DNA of 64,000 bases from Alphaproteobacteria bacterium. Lineage in GTDB: Bacteria > Pseudomonadota > Alphaproteobacteria > GCA-2731375. The stretch is from NCBI GenBank assembly GCA_965225945.1, contig CBDDBZ010000022.1:32001-96000 (forward strand), read 5' to 3'. Under the pieces are notes generated by a model. That model made no database searches. It was not told the DNA's origin and was given only the letters and a program-made list of their open reading frames with translations. Position numbers and translations under genes: made by a program. This document shows, one piece after another, positions 19,394 to 32,234 of the stretch. How positions within the stretch are numbered: the first letter of the stretch is position 1; each line of letters begins with the position of its first letter.

Positions 19394-22372
19394 ATGCATA
19401 AGGCCATATCCGTTCGCGGCGCACGCGAGCACAATCTGAAGAACATCGACGTCGACATCCCGCGCGACAGGCTGGTGGTGATCACCGGGCTTTCGGGCAG
19501 CGGCAAGTCCTCCCTCGCCTTCGACACGATCTATGCCGAGGGCCAGCGGCGCTATGTGGAAAGCTTGTCCGCCTACGCGCGCCAGTTCCTGGAGCTGATG
19601 CAGAAGCCGGACGTCGATCATATCGAGGGCCTGTCGCCGGCGATCTCGATCGAGCAGAAGACCACCTCGCGCAACCCCCGCTCCACCGTCGGCACGGTGA
19701 CCGAGGTCTACGACTACATGCGCCTGCTCTGGGCCCGGGTCGGCGTGCCTTATTCGCCGGCGACGGGCCTGCCAATCGAGAGCCAGACGGTGAGCCAGAT
19801 GGTCGACCGGGTGATGGCGATGGCGGAAGGCACCCGGCTCTACCTGCTGGCGCCGATGGTGCGCGGGCGTAAGGGGGAATACCGCAAGGAGCTGGCCGAG
19901 CTGATGAAGCGTGGCTTCCAGCGGGTCAAGATCGACGGCGCCTTCCACCTGATCGAGGAGGCGCCGGGGCTCGACAAGAAGCGCAAGCACGAGATCGATG
20001 TGGTGGTCGACCGGGTGGTGCTGCGGCCGGACCTGGAGGCGCGCCTCGCCGACAGCCTGGAGACGGCGCTGGGGCTGGCTGACGGCATCGCCGTCGCGGA
20101 GGACGCGAACACCGGCGAGCGGACCATCTTCTCCGCCCGCTTCGCCTGTCCCGTCTCCGGCTTCACCATCGACGAGATCGAGCCCCGCCTGTTCTCCTTC
20201 AACAACCCCTTCGGCGCCTGTTCGGCCTGCGACGGACTCGGCCGGGAGCTTTTTTTCGACGCCGACCTGGTGGTGCCGGACCCGGAAAAGACGCTCCGCA
20301 AGGGGGCGATCGCGCCTTGGGCCAAATCGACCTCGCCCTATTACCTACAGACCCTGGACAGTCTGGCGCGGCACTACGGCGTCTCGATGACGGAATCGTG
20401 GCGCGAGCTGCCGGAGGCGGTGCGCCACGCCATCCTCTTCGGCTCGGCCGACGAGCCGGTGGAAATGCGCTACGACGACGGGCTTCGTGCCTACAAGACC
20501 AAGCGGCCGTTCGAAGGGGTGATCCCGAACCTGCAACGGCGCTGGCAGGAGACCGATTCCGCCTGGTTGCGCGAGGAGATGGAGCGCTTCCAGGGGGTGA
20601 CCGCGTGCAGCGCCTGCGGCGGCAGCCGGCTGAAGCCGGAGGCCCTGGCGGTCAAGCTCGACGGCCGCCACATCGGCGAGGTCTCCACACTCTCGATCCT
20701 GGCGGCGCGAGACTGGTTCGCCGGGCTCGACGCCAAGCTCGACGCCAAGCGCTCGGAGATCGCCAGCCGCGTCCTGAAGGAGATCAACGATCGCCTCGGC
20801 TTCCTGGTCAACGTCGGACTGGAGTATCTGACCCTATCGCGCCATTCCGGCAGCCTCTCGGGCGGCGAGAGCCAGCGGATCCGGCTCGCCTCGCAGATCG
20901 GCTCGGGCCTGTCGGGCGTGCTCTACGTGCTGGACGAGCCCTCGATCGGCTTGCATCAGCGCGACAACGCGCGGCTGCTGCAGACCCTGGTCGAGCTGCG
21001 TGATCTCGGCAATACCGTGGTCGTGGTGGAGCACGACGAGGAGGCGATCCGCGCCGCCGACCATGTCGTCGACATGGGTCCCAGGGCCGGCCGGCACGGC
21101 GGCGAGGTGGTGGCGGTGGGCACGGCGAAGGCGATCATGGCGGTGCCCGAGAGCCTGACCGGCCAGTATCTCGTCGGCCTGCAGCAGATCCCCGTGCCGA
21201 AGAGGCGGCGCAAGGGCCATCCCAGGCAGAAACTCACCATTCGGGGGGCGAGGGCCAACAACCTCGCCGACCTCACCGCGACGCTGCCGCTCGGCACCTT
21301 CGTCTGCGTCACCGGGGTCTCGGGCAGCGGCAAGTCGACGCTGATCATCGAGACCCTCTATAAGGCCCTGGCGCGGTTCCTGAACGGCGCCCGCGACGCG
21401 CCCGGCACCTTCGATGCCATCGAGGGCCTGCATTACCTCGACAAGGTGATCGACATCGACCAATCGCCGATCGGCCGCACGCCGCGCTCCAACCCCGCGA
21501 CCTACACCGGCGCCTTCACGCCGATCCGCGAGTGGTTCGCCGGGCTGCCGGAAAGCACGCTCAGGGGCTACAAGCCGGGGCGCTTCTCCTTCAATGTCAA
21601 GGGCGGCCGCTGCGAGGCCTGTCAGGGCGACGGGCTGATCAAGATCGAGATGCATTTCCTGCCCGACGTCTATGTCACCTGCGATGTGTGCATGGGCCGG
21701 CGATACAATCGCGAAACCTTGGAAATTACCTTTCGTAACAAATCGATAGCCGACGTTCTTGATATGACGGTGGATGAAGGAGCGGAGTTTTTCCAGGCCG
21801 TGCCGCTGATCCGCGACAAGCTGGTGATGCTGCAACGGGTCGGCCTCGGCTACATCCATGTCGGGCAGCAGGCGACGACGCTCTCGGGCGGCGAGGCGCA
21901 ACGGGTGAAGCTTTCCAAGGAGCTGTCCAAGCGGGCCACGGGCCGCACGCTCTATATTCTGGACGAACCCACCACGGGCCTGCATTTCGACGACGTGCGC
22001 AAGCTGCTCGAGGTCTTGCAAGCACTGGTGGAGACCGGCAACACGGTGGTGGTGATCGAGCATAATCTGGAGGTGATCAAGACCGCCGACTGGATCCTCG
22101 ACCTCGGGCCCGAGGGCGGCGACGGCGGCGGCCGGATCGTCGCCGAGGGGACGCCCGAGGCGGTCGCCAAAAGCGCCGAGAGCCACACCGGATCCTATCT
22201 CGCCGAATATCTCGGCGTGCGGCGCAAGCGCGGCCGGGCGGCGGCCCGGGCGAAGACGCCGAAGCGGGCCAACGGTGCCGCGCCGAAGAAGCCACGCAAG
22301 CCCCACAAGAGCCGCGCCGCGCCGCGCCGGGGCGAGGTGCGGCCCGAGGCGTCGGGCCAGGGCGGTGCGTGA
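19394..22372 (+). CDS. uvrA: Excinuclease ABC subunit A
   Basis: [23 protein letters not shown], two ABC cassettes and zinc fingers; divergent from ssb. Confidence 0.98.
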   Translation: MHKAISVRGAREHNLKNIDVDIPRDRLVVITGLSGSGKSSLAFDTIYAEGQRRYVESLSAYARQFLELMQKPDVDHIEGLSPAISIEQKTTSRNPRSTVGTVTEVYDYMRLLWARVGVPYSPATGLPIESQTVSQMVDRVMAMAEGTRLYLLAPMVRGRKGEYRKELAELMKRGFQRVKIDGAFHLIEEAPGLDKKRKHEIDVVVDRVVLRPDLEARLADSLETALGLADGIAVAEDANTGERTIFSARFACPVSGFTIDEIEPRLFSFNNPFGACSACDGLGRELFFDADLVVPDPEKTLRKGAIAPWAKSTSPYYLQTLDSLARHYGVSMTESWRELPEAVRHAILFGSADEPVEMRYDDGLRAYKTKRPFEGVIPNLQRRWQETDSAWLREEMERFQGVTACSACGGSRLKPEALAVKLDGRHIGEVSTLSILAARDWFAGLDAKLDAKRSEIASRVLKEINDRLGFLVNVGLEYLTLSRHSGSLSGGESQRIRLASQIGSGLSGVLYVLDEPSIGLHQRDNARLLQTLVELRDLGNTVVVVEHDEEAIRAADHVVDMGPRAGRHGGEVVAVGTAKAIMAVPESLTGQYLVGLQQIPVPKRRRKGHPRQKLTIRGARANNLADLTATLPLGTFVCVTGVSGSGKSTLIIETLYKALARFLNGARDAPGTFDAIEGLHYLDKVIDIDQSPIGRTPRSNPATYTGAFTPIREWFAGLPESTLRGYKPGRFSFNVKGGRCEACQGDGLIKIEMHFLPDVYVTCDVCMGRRYNRETLEITFRNKSIADVLDMTVDEGAEFFQAVPLIRDKLVMLQRVGLGYIHVGQQATTLSGGEAQRVKLSKELSKRATGRTLYILDEPTTGLHFDDVRKLLEVLQALVETGNTVVVIEHNLEVIKTADWILDLGPEGGDGGGRIVAEGTPEAVAKSAESHTGSYLAEYLGVRRKRGRAAARAKTPKRANGAAPKKPRKPHKSRAAPRRGEVRPEASGQGGA

Positions 22373-22391
22373 CCACCGACGGACCAGGCGG

Positions 22392-22888
22392 ATGAGCGAG
22401 ATCGACGCCAAGCAACTGCAGTTCACGATCAATTTCCTCGCCGCCGAGGATCGCCTGCTGTTGCGCGGAAGCTTCCCCGACGGCACCGAGATCCAGCTGC
22501 TGCTGACCCGCCGCTTGACCCGCGGCATGTTGCAACTGGTGGACCAGGTCTCGACCCGCATCGTGCGCGGCGACATCCCCGATCCCGCGAAGCGGCGGTC
22601 CAGCAGGCCGACTTCAGCCAGACCTATCGGACCGGCGAGGTGCATCCCTCGATGGCGGAAGGTCCGAAGCTGGTCACCGGCCTTTCGATCACGCCCAAGG
22701 CGGGGGACCGCTTAGCGCTCGCCTTCACCCTCGACAAGGGCGAGAAACTGGCCTTCACCCTCGGCAACGACCATGTCTGGGGCCTCATAGACCTGGTCGC
22801 CCGGCAGGCCGCCGCCGCCGAATGGGACTTGCCCGCGCCGACCAACGCCACGACCGCGACCAAGGCCCCCGCGGGCCCGGTGAACTGA
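22392..22888 (+). pseudogene. Hypothetical protein with a frameshift or deletion near 22595
   Basis: MSEIDAKQ..EDRLLLR..LTRRL continues as AVQQADFSQTY.. in another frame. Confidence 0.55.
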
Positions 22889-22939
22889 CGCGCGGCCGCC
22901 TCTCCGCTTGTAGAGCATGATCCGACCATATGGAGACGT

Positions 22940-23749
<810 letters not shown>

Positions 23750-24128
23750 GAAGCTGAATTGGAAAGTCGCCGAAGCCGGCGGGCGCCGGGCGGGTCGGCG
23801 AAGGCTCGGCGCCCGGCCTCGCGGCGAATGGGTACTCTCAAGCGGCCTCGATGGCTACCTGGCCGTACTATTATACCGGGCGCTGCAGCTTTATGATTAC
23901 AACAATTACTACCGTTTGAGGTCAGCCGCGCGCCGACGGTGCGATCAATGTCGGGATGACGACCATGTCGCCTTCTTCCGTCTACCCGAATATTGGGTAT
24001 AAGACGCCGTGTAATTCCCGCATTCTACCGGCCTTGCCTCGCCGATTTCGGCTCTCTCGCTCGATCGCCGTATTTGCTCGATCGCGGGAGCGCGCCGCCC
24101 CTCAACCCGCGAGGTACAAGATAGTTAA

Positions 24129-25589
24129 CAGCCCGTTGATTAAGTGGCTTTTTCCGGCTCTCACTCCCAGATGAGGAATGCGGCGGCGAAAACCGTCTGG
24201 CCGCTTTGCGAGACCCCCAGTGCGACCAGCATGGCCCCGGTGGGCGTGAGCAGCACGAAAATACCGCCATATCCGCCCGCCACGGCCTCGCGCGGGGTGC
24301 CGGCGCCGATGAGTTGGCGCATCAGCAACGATAGGTTGTGGCCGGCGACGTGGAGCAGGTATCGCTTGTGCACGTTCTCGCGGCCCCGAAGCCAGGTCCG
24401 GCGCATGCCGCCGCGATCGAGGTTGTGGGCGAAGGAGCGCTCGACGATCTCGGCGCGCAGCTTGAAGGCTTCCTTGGCCACCCCCGATAACAGCCGGGTC
24501 CGGTTGTTGGTGACCGCGCGCCGCGCCGCCTCGTCGCCGCGCCAGCGCGCGAAGCCCTTCTGCTTGGGCTCGGCGATCCGGGTCTTCCACGGGCCGTTGT
24601 CCAAGGCCTTCAAGACCGCCCGTGAGTGATAGCCTTTGTCGGTCACACATTCGGCCGGGTCCTCTGCCGTCGGCGCCGCGTCAACGCTCGCAAGGTTCTC
24701 CTTGGCCGTCTCCAACGTTTTGGGAAGCGTCGTCGTGTCGCCCTCGTCGGCCGGGTGCAGCTCGGCGGCCACCACCGCGCCGGTGTCCAGATCCACCGCG
24801 TGCTCGGGCTTGTAGGCCAGATGCGTCGTGCCGTCCTTCATCTTGGCGATCTTGGCCTCGGGGTCGCTCTTCGAAACCCAGTCCTCGTTGGAAAGCTTCT
24901 TGCCCTTGCGCTTGCGGTCCAGACGCGCCAGGTCCTCGGCCGTGGGCGTCTCGATGCCGCTCTCCCGGGCCAGGTGCTCCAGCATCTCCCGGTAGCCTTC
25001 ACCCGTGTCGCGCCGCACGATGTTGCGCAGCGCCGCGTTGGCCTCCATGGTCGAGGCATCCACCCCGATGCGCTCGCCCTTCACCAGACCCGCCTCGCCG
25101 ATCAAGGCCAGAACCCAGTCGAAGACCGCCGCGTGGACTTCATGGGGCAGGCGCGCGCGGGTCTTCGACAGCCAGGAATGGTCCGGCACCCGCTCACGGC
25201 TCCCCAGTCGCAGGAACTCCCGCAGCGACAGGGAATCCGAGCAACGCCACTCCAGACCGCGCTCTGAGTCGATGCCCTCGAAGTAGCCCACCAGGTGCAT
25301 GCGGAAATAGCGCCCGGGCGGCACCGAGGGCGCGCCCATCCTGGCCGCGTAATAGGGCCGGCAGCTCGCCTCGGCAAAGGCGTCGAAGCCGCCCTCGATC
25401 AGCACCGACTGCAGGCGGTCGTAAAACACATGACCCGGCGAGCGCGGCATCTCCGCCCAGCCCACCATCAAGTCCCCCTGACGATCCTTCTGCTGTCCCA
25501 TCGCCATCGGCGAATCCTCCGGTCAAATCAGAACATCAAAGAATCAGACCAGGCCGCTTGCGTCCAGTGCCGACTTCGTCAACGGGCTG
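24129..25589 (-). mobile_element. IS1182-family element
   Basis: IR CAGCCCGTTGA; TTAA TSD (24125-24128, 25590-25593). Confidence 0.88.
24161..25507 (-). CDS. IS1182-type transposase
   Basis: DUF772-like PSVPP..SERGL..PDHS; GVDAST, TDKGY, VERSFA. Confidence 0.9.
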   Translation of the reverse strand: MAMGQQKDRQGDLMVGWAEMPRSPGHVFYDRLQSVLIEGGFDAFAEASCRPYYAARMGAPSVPPGRYFRMHLVGYFEGIDSERGLEWRCSDSLSLREFLRLGSRERVPDHSWLSKTRARLPHEVHAAVFDWVLALIGEAGLVKGERIGVDASTMEANAALRNIVRRDTGEGYREMLEHLARESGIETPTAEDLARLDRKRKGKKLSNEDWVSKSDPEAKIAKMKDGTTHLAYKPEHAVDLDTGAVVAAELHPADEGDTTTLPKTLETAKENLASVDAAPTAEDPAECVTDKGYHSRAVLKALDNGPWKTRIAEPKQKGFARWRGDEAARRAVTNNRTRLLSGVAKEAFKLRAEIVERSFAHNLDRGGMRRTWLRGRENVHKRYLLHVAGHNLSLLMRQLIGAGTPREAVAGGYGGIFVLLTPTGAMLVALGVSQSGQTVFAAAFLIWE

Positions 25590-25886
25590 TTAACGCCAGC
25601 ACCCAAATGCTCATGCCGGTGAGCAAGTAGGTAAACGTGACTCTCCACCTGAGCGTCTGCATGGTATATTCCCCTCTCTTGTCGCTTGTTCCCCAGCGCG
25701 TCGCCGCTTCGCCTTTTCATAAAACTTTAGGCTAATTTCCGGTTTTGCAAGTGACCACCATCACCTCGGCGTAAATAAATCCGCCGTGACACGAAAATCG
25801 GCTCCGGGGAGACGCCGCCACCGCACCGGCCAGCCGAGCGCTACGGCCCGGAATATCGGGACCAAGGTCAAGACGGCGGACGCCCT

Positions 25887-26366
25887 TCAGCCGTCGTCCT
25901 CGAGATGTCCGAGATGGTCCAGAACGCCCTGCAGAATGTAGGCGGCGGCGAGCTTGTCGACCAGCTCCGCGCGGCGCTTGCGGGTCGTGTCCAACTCTTC
26001 GATCAGCATCCTCTCGACCGCCCGGGTGGACAGCCGCTCGTCCCAGAAGACGATCGGAATATCACGCAATTCCAAAAGGTTGCGGGCGAATTGTCGTGTC
26101 GCCTGGCAACGCGGACCCTCGCTGCCGTCCATGTTGACAGGCCAGCCGAGGACTAGGCCGGCGACGCCGCGATGGTTGATGATTTCCAGCAGCCGGGGGC
26201 CAAGCTCGCGGAAGCGTCCCCGCGCCAAGGTTTCGAGCGGCGAGGCGACGCGCCGGTCTGGGTCCGAAATCGCGACGCCGACGGTCTTCGAGCCGAGATC
26301 GAGGCCGAGCAGGCGGGTTCCCTCGCCCAATGCGCCGAGCAGGTCCCGAGGCTTGTCTAACAGCAT
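25887..26366 (-). CDS. ruvX: YqgF/RuvX pre-16S rRNA nuclease
   Basis: [35 protein letters not shown]. Confidence 0.95.
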   Translation of the reverse strand: MLLDKPRDLLGALGEGTRLLGLDLGSKTVGVAISDPDRRVASPLETLARGRFRELGPRLLEIINHRGVAGLVLGWPVNMDGSEGPRCQATRQFARNLLELRDIPIVFWDERLSTRAVERMLIEELDTTRKRRAELVDKLAAAYILQGVLDHLGHLEDDG

Positions 26367-26492
26367 CGCCGATGATAGGTTCCGCGCGCTTTTTCGCCTG
26401 CCGCGCCGGCCCTCCCCGAGCGCTCGCGATCGGCCCCGGGCCACCGGCGAATTGCGCGAATCCCGCTTTGCATGACGCAGGGAACGTCGCAC

Positions 26493-26780
26493 ATGTCGGT
26501 CGACAAGGCCACCGTTCGCCGCATCGCGCATCTGGCCCGCATCGGCGTCGCCGAGGACGAGCTGGAAGCTCTCGCGAGCGAGCTGTCGAAGATCCTCGCC
26601 TGGATCGAGCAGCTGCACGAGGTCGACACCGAGAACGTGGCGCCCCTGGCGAGCGTCAACCAGGGCGCGCTTCGCCCGCGCGACGACGTGGTGAACGACG
26701 GCGGGCGGCCGGGCGACGTGCTGGGAGGCGCGCCGGACCGCCACGACGACTTCTTCGCCGTGCCGAAGGTGGTGGAATGA
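26493..26780 (+). CDS. gatC: Asp/Glu-tRNA amidotransferase subunit C
   Basis: [26 protein letters not shown]. Confidence 0.96.
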   Translation: MSVDKATVRRIAHLARIGVAEDELEALASELSKILAWIEQLHEVDTENVAPLASVNQGALRPRDDVVNDGGRPGDVLGGAPDRHDDFFAVPKVVE

Positions 26781-28267
26781 GCCCGCGCGAGCTTGGCCGG
26801 CTCTCCATCGCCGAGGCCCGCCGCCTGCTCGAGCGGCGGGAGATTTCGTCGCGCGAGCTCACGAAAGCTTGCCTCGGGGGAATCGAGAGGGCGCACGCGC
26901 TGAACGCCTTCACCACCCCGACGCCAGAGGTCGCGCTGGACATGGCGGCGGCGGCGGACGCCCGCATGGCCCGGGGCGAGGGCGGATCGCTGGAAGGCAT
27001 CCCGCTCGCGATCAAGGACCTCTTCTGTACCCGGGGTATCGAGACGACGACGGCGAGCCGCATCCTCAGGGGCTTCCGGCCGAGCTATGAAAGCACGGTC
27101 ACCGCCAAGCTCTTCGCCGAGGGCGCGGTGATGCTCGGCAAGACCAACATGGACGAGTTCGCCATGGGCTCCTCCAGCGAAAACAGCGACTTCGGCCCCG
27201 TGGTCAATCCGTGGCGCCGCGCCGGCGACGACCGCCCGCTCTCGCCCGGCGGTTCCTCCGGCGGCTCGGCTGCGGCCGTCGCCGCTGGCCTCGCCCTCGG
27301 CGCGATCGGGACCGACACCGGCGGCTCGATCCGCCAGCCGGCCTCGCTGACCGGCGTGGTCGGCTGCAAGCCGACCTACGGGCGCTGCTCGCGCTGGGGG
27401 GTCGTCGCCTTCTCCTCCTCTCTCGACCATCCGGGACCGCTGGCCCGCAGCGTCGTCGACGCGGCGATCATGCTCAGGGCGATGGCCGGTCACGATCCCC
27501 GCGATGCGACCTCGGCCGATCTGCCGGTGCCCGATTTCGCCGCCGCCATCGGCGGCGATCTCGCGGGGCTGAAGATCGGCATTCCGCGGGAATATCGGGT
27601 CGACGGCATGGCCGACGCGGTGGAGGATCTCTGGAGCCGAGGGCGCGCGTGGTTGAGCGAGGCCGGCGCCGAGATCGTCGATATCTCCTTGCCGCACACG
27701 AAATATGCGCTGCCGACCTATTACATCGTGGCGCCGGCCGAGGCCTCGTCCAACCTCGCGCGTTACGACGGCGTGCGCTTCGGTCTCAGGGTCGAGGGCG
27801 ACGACATCGACGCCATGTATGAAGCGACGCGAGCCGCCGGCTTCGGTGCCGAGGTCCGCCGTCGGGTGCTGATCGGCACCTATGTGCTCTCGGCCGGCTA
27901 CTACGACGCCTACTACCTGAAGGCACAGCGGGTCCGCCGCCTGATCCGGGATGAATTCGAGCAGGTCTTTCGGAACGTCGACGCCATCCTGACGCCAACC
28001 ACGCCGGAGGCCGCCTTCGCCATCGGCGAGAAGACGGACGATCCGATCGCCATGTACCTGAACGACGTATTCACCGTGCCGGGCGATCTTTCGGGCATTC
28101 CCGGCATTTCCGTGCCTGCGGGGCGCGACGCCGACGGCCTGCCGCTTGGCTTGCAGGTGATGACGCGGTCCTTCGACGAGGCGACGATGTTTCGGGCCGC
28201 GGCCGTGATCGAGGCGGCGGCGGGCTTCGAGGCGGCGCCCGAACCGTGGTGGCGGAGCGCGCCATGA
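26777..28267 (+). CDS. gatA: Amidotransferase subunit A
   Basis: [37 protein letters not shown]. Confidence 0.97.
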   Translation: MSPRELGRLSIAEARRLLERREISSRELTKACLGGIERAHALNAFTTPTPEVALDMAAAADARMARGEGGSLEGIPLAIKDLFCTRGIETTTASRILRGFRPSYESTVTAKLFAEGAVMLGKTNMDEFAMGSSSENSDFGPVVNPWRRAGDDRPLSPGGSSGGSAAAVAAGLALGAIGTDTGGSIRQPASLTGVVGCKPTYGRCSRWGVVAFSSSLDHPGPLARSVVDAAIMLRAMAGHDPRDATSADLPVPDFAAAIGGDLAGLKIGIPREYRVDGMADAVEDLWSRGRAWLSEAGAEIVDISLPHTKYALPTYYIVAPAEASSNLARYDGVRFGLRVEGDDIDAMYEATRAAGFGAEVRRRVLIGTYVLSAGYYDAYYLKAQRVRRLIRDEFEQVFRNVDAILTPTTPEAAFAIGEKTDDPIAMYLNDVFTVPGDLSGIPGISVPAGRDADGLPLGLQVMTRSFDEATMFRAAAVIEAAAGFEAAPEPWWRSAP

Positions 28268-29733
28268 GCGAGACCAACCCCGATCTGGTCGCCGGCGCGA
28301 GCGGTGCCTGGGAGCTCGTCATCGGCTTGGAGATCCATGCCCAGGTGGCGTCGCGATCGAAGCTCTTTTCCGGTGCCGACACGGCCTTCGGCGCGGCCCC
28401 CAACAGCCAGGTCAGCCTGGTCGACGCGGCGATGCCGGGCATGCTGCCGGTGATCAACCGGATCTGCGTCGAGGCGGCGGTGCGCACCGGGCTCGGGCTC
28501 GGGGCCGAGATCAACCGGGTCTCGATCTTCGATCGCAAAAACTATTTCTATCCCGACCTTCCCGCCGGCTATCAAATCTCGCAGTACAAGAACCCGATCG
28601 TCGGCGAGGGCGTGATCCGGGTCGATCTCGCCGACGGCCGCGTCCGCGAAGTCGGGATCGAGCGGCTGCATCTGGAGCAGGACGCGGGCAAGAGCCTGCA
28701 CGACCAGCACCCGAAGCTGACCTATGTCGACCTCAACCGCGCCGGCGTCGCGCTGATGGAGATCGTCTCCAAGCCGGACATGCGCTCGCCCGAGGAGGCG
28801 GGCGCCTACTTGCGCAAGGTCCGCGCCATCCTGCGTTATCTCGGCACCTGCGACGGCAACATGCAGGAAGGCTCGATGCGGGCCGACGTCAACGTCTCGG
28901 TGCGCCGTCCCGGCGCCGCGCTCGGCACCCGGACCGAGACCAAGAACCTGAACTCCATCCGCTTCGTGCAAGCAGCGATCGCGTTCGAATGCCGGCGCCA
29001 GATCGAACTCGTCGAGGCCGGCGGCGAGGTGGTCCAGGAGACCCGCCTGTTCGACACCGAACGCGGCGTCACCCGGGTGATGCGGAGCAAGGAGGAGGCA
29101 CACGACTATCGCTATTTCCCCGATCCCGACCTGCCGCCGCTGGTGCTGGACGAGGCGATGATCGAGCGTATTCGGGCCGAGCTGCCGGAACTGCCCGATG
29201 CCAAGCGGGCCCGCTACGTCGCCGCTCTCGGCCTCTCCGACGACGACGCGGGCGTGCTGGTCGCGGAGCAGGAGACCGCCGCGTTCTTCGAGGCCGTGGC
29301 GGCGGGCCGTGAAGCGAAGACGGTGGCCAACTGGGTGATGGGGGACTTCTTCGCCCAGTTGAACCGGGCCGGCCTGGAGGTGGCGGAAAGCCCGGTTTCC
29401 GCCGCGCAATTGGGGGCTCTGCTGGACCTCGTGGCGGCCGGCACGATTTCCGGCCGGATCGCCAAGCAGGTCTTCGAGACCATGTTCAAATCCGGCGAGG
29501 ACGCCGCCCACATCGTCGCGCGCGACGGCCTGCGCCAGGTCTCCGACACAGGCGCGATCGAGGCGATGATCGACCAAGTGATCGCCGACAATCCCGAGCA
29601 CGCGGCCGAGGTCCGGGGCGGCAAGGACAAGCTGGTCGGCTGGTTCGTCGGCCAGGTGATGACCGCGAGCGGGGGCAAGGCCAATCCCCAGCTGGTAAAC
29701 CAGATGCTCAAAGACAAACTGATGTCGAGTTGA
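28264..29733 (+). CDS. gatB: Amidotransferase subunit B
   Basis: [30 protein letters not shown]. Confidence 0.97.
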   Translation: MSETNPDLVAGASGAWELVIGLEIHAQVASRSKLFSGADTAFGAAPNSQVSLVDAAMPGMLPVINRICVEAAVRTGLGLGAEINRVSIFDRKNYFYPDLPAGYQISQYKNPIVGEGVIRVDLADGRVREVGIERLHLEQDAGKSLHDQHPKLTYVDLNRAGVALMEIVSKPDMRSPEEAGAYLRKVRAILRYLGTCDGNMQEGSMRADVNVSVRRPGAALGTRTETKNLNSIRFVQAAIAFECRRQIELVEAGGEVVQETRLFDTERGVTRVMRSKEEAHDYRYFPDPDLPPLVLDEAMIERIRAELPELPDAKRARYVAALGLSDDDAGVLVAEQETAAFFEAVAAGREAKTVANWVMGDFFAQLNRAGLEVAESPVSAAQLGALLDLVAAGTISGRIAKQVFETMFKSGEDAAHIVARDGLRQVSDTGAIEAMIDQVIADNPEHAAEVRGGKDKLVGWFVGQVMTASGGKANPQLVNQMLKDKLMSS

Positions 29734-29738
29734 CGGCG

Positions 29739-30911
29739 ATGGTGGACGACACGGAATCCGGCGAGGGCTGGAAACCCAGGACCCGGGCGGCCCAAGCCCT
29801 CGGCTGGATCGATTCCCGGACCCGCGCCGTCGCGCCGCCGCTCCACCTCTCCACGAACTTCATCCGCGATCCCGACAACCGGTATCGCGCCGGCTACGGC
29901 TACGCCCGCGACGAGAACCCGAGCTATGACCAGGCCGAGGCGCTGCTGGCCGAGCTCGAAGGCGGCGCCGGGGCCAAGCTCTTCGCCTCCGGCATGGCGG
30001 CGGCGACGGCGGTGTTTCAGACGCTCAGGCCGGGCGATCACGTCATCGCGCAGGAGGTGATTTATTGGGGACTCAGGCGCTGGTTGGCCGAGCATGCGAC
30101 GGCCTGGGGTCTCGACGTCGAGTTCGTGCCGACTTGGGACACAGGCGCGCTCGCCCGCGCGGTGCGCCCGGGCGCGACCCGCCTGGTCTGGATCGAGACC
30201 CCGGCCAACCCGATGTGGCACATCGTCGATATCGAGGCGGCGGGGAAGATCGCCCATGGCGCCGGCGCCCGCCTCGCCGTCGACGGCACGGTGGCGACGC
30301 CGGTGCTGAGCCGGCCGCTGGCGCTCGGCGCCGACCTCGTGATGCACTCGGCGAGCAAGTATCTGAACGGCCACGGCGACATCATCGGCGGCGCGCTGGT
30401 CACGGCGCGGGCCGACGCGGCCTGGGAGGCGATCGCCCGCCAGCGCCACGACGCGGGCGCGATCCTGGGGCCGTTCGAGGCCTGGCTGCTGCTGCGCGGC
30501 ATGCGGACGCTGCATTTGCGGGTGTGGGCGAGTTCCGAGGGTGCGTTGAGGCTGGCGCGCCATTTCCAGGGCCACGAGGCAATCGCCGAGGTGCTCTATC
30601 CCGGCCTCCAGGGCCATCGCGGCCACGAGATCGCCGCACGCCAGATGTCCGGCGGCTTCGGCGGCATGCTATCGCTGCGCCTCGCCGGCGGCGAAGCGGC
30701 GGCGATCGCCACGGCGGCCGGGGTGAAACTCTGGAAGCGGGCGACCTCGCTCGGCGGGGTCGAGAGCCTGATCGAGCATCGCGCCTCGATCGAGGGAACG
30801 CAGACGCCGGTGCCGGGAGACCTGCTCCGGCTCTCCGTCGGCATCGAGGACCCGGGCGACCTCATCGCCGACCTGGAAGCCGCCTTGGCCTCCGCCGCCG
30901 TGGCGAGCTAG
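29739..30911 (+). CDS. Cystathionine gamma-synthase/lyase family PLP enzyme
   Basis: FASGMAA, IETPANP, HSASKYLNGHGD, SLGGVESL, LRLSVGIE. Confidence 0.92.
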   Translation: MVDDTESGEGWKPRTRAAQALGWIDSRTRAVAPPLHLSTNFIRDPDNRYRAGYGYARDENPSYDQAEALLAELEGGAGAKLFASGMAAATAVFQTLRPGDHVIAQEVIYWGLRRWLAEHATAWGLDVEFVPTWDTGALARAVRPGATRLVWIETPANPMWHIVDIEAAGKIAHGAGARLAVDGTVATPVLSRPLALGADLVMHSASKYLNGHGDIIGGALVTARADAAWEAIARQRHDAGAILGPFEAWLLLRGMRTLHLRVWASSEGALRLARHFQGHEAIAEVLYPGLQGHRGHEIAARQMSGGFGGMLSLRLAGGEAAAIATAAGVKLWKRATSLGGVESLIEHRASIEGTQTPVPGDLLRLSVGIEDPGDLIADLEAALASAAVAS

Positions 30912-30961
30912 AATCGCGCCTGCTGGCGCCCTCCCCTCACCGCCCAAGGAGTCTCACCTCG

Positions 30962-31579
30962 ATGATCGATCTCTACACCTGGAAGACCTCGAACGGTCGC
31001 AAGGCGACCATCATGCTCGAGGAATGCGGCCTTGCCTATAACCTGCATCCCATCAACATCGGCCAGGGCGATCAGTTCACGCCCGAGTTCATCGCCATCA
31101 ATCCCAACAGCAAGATCCCGGCGATGATCGACGACGAGGGGCCGAACGGCGAGCCCTACACGATGATCGAATCCGGCGCGATGCTGATGTACTTGGCGGA
31201 GAAGACCGGCAAGTTCATGCCCTCCGAGATGGCGGCCCGCTACGAGGTCATCCAGTGGCTGATGTTCCAGATGGGCGGCATCGGCCCGATCTTCGGCCAG
31301 GTGCACCACTTCAAGCGGGCGGCGAGCGAAGAGGTGCCCTACGCCATCGACCGCTACTTCACCGAATGCAAGCGGCTCTACGGCGTGCTGAACGGCCGTC
31401 TCGACGGCCGCGAGTATCTGGCCGGCGAGATCTCGATCGCCGACTTCGCGACGCTGCCTTGGGTCTTCCGCCACGATTGGCAGGAGGTCGAGCTGAGCGA
31501 GTTCCCCAACGTCGCGCGCTGGTACCACACGCTGATGGCGCGCCCGGCGCTGGCCCGGGGCATGGAGCTGCCGGAATAG
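30962..31579 (+). CDS. Glutathione S-transferase (YfcG-like)
   Basis: MIDLYTWKTSNGRK, INPNSKIPA, ESGA, WLMFQMGGIGP. Confidence 0.93.
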   Translation: MIDLYTWKTSNGRKATIMLEECGLAYNLHPINIGQGDQFTPEFIAINPNSKIPAMIDDEGPNGEPYTMIESGAMLMYLAEKTGKFMPSEMAARYEVIQWLMFQMGGIGPIFGQVHHFKRAASEEVPYAIDRYFTECKRLYGVLNGRLDGREYLAGEISIADFATLPWVFRHDWQEVELSEFPNVARWYHTLMARPALARGMELPE

Positions 31580-31741
31580 AGCCGATGGCGCCAAGCGGCG
31601 GGTCGGACCCGCGCGAAGGCGCCTCGGTCGGGCGCGTGCGTGCGGCGCTGGCCGCCGCCGGCTCGGAGGCCGAAATCACTCTATTGGCCGAGACCGCGCG
31701 CACGGCGGGCGATGCCGCCGCCAGCCTCGGCTGCCCCCTGG

Positions 31742-31838
31742 TGGTCTGATTCAGACGGATGGGTACCATCCGTCTGAATCAGACCACCAATCTTCAAAAG
31801 GATTGTGGTGCAAACCAAACATTGTTTGGTTTGCACCA
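31742..31838. mobile_element. 97-bp multi-hairpin MITE/REP-like insertion
   Basis: CTGG duplication (31738-31741, 31839-31842); two perfect stems; TGGT...ACCA ends. Confidence 0.85.
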
Positions 31839-32234
31839 CTGGGCGCCATCGTCAAGTCCCTGGTCTTCGTCGTCGGCGAACGGCCGGTGATGGCGCTGGT
31901 CGCCGGCGATCGACGGCTCGACACCGCGGCGCTGGCGGCGACGCTCGGCCTCGACGGCGAGGTCGAGCGGGCCGACGCGGAGCTGGCGCGCCGGGCGAGC
32001 GGCTTCGCCATCGGCGCCATCGCACCCGTCGGCCACGCGCAACCGCTCGCCATCGCGATCGACGCCAGCCTCGGTCGTTTCGCGACCCTCCACGCCGCCG
32101 CCGGCCACCCCCGCTGCGTCTTGTTAGCGGTGGTTCCAGGGTGCGCTTATATGGTGCTCTTTTTGAGCGGTCGGTGGCGGTTGGCTGACGGGATGCTTTT
32201 GGGCTTGGCTGATTTTGTTTCGCGCTGTGGCTAT

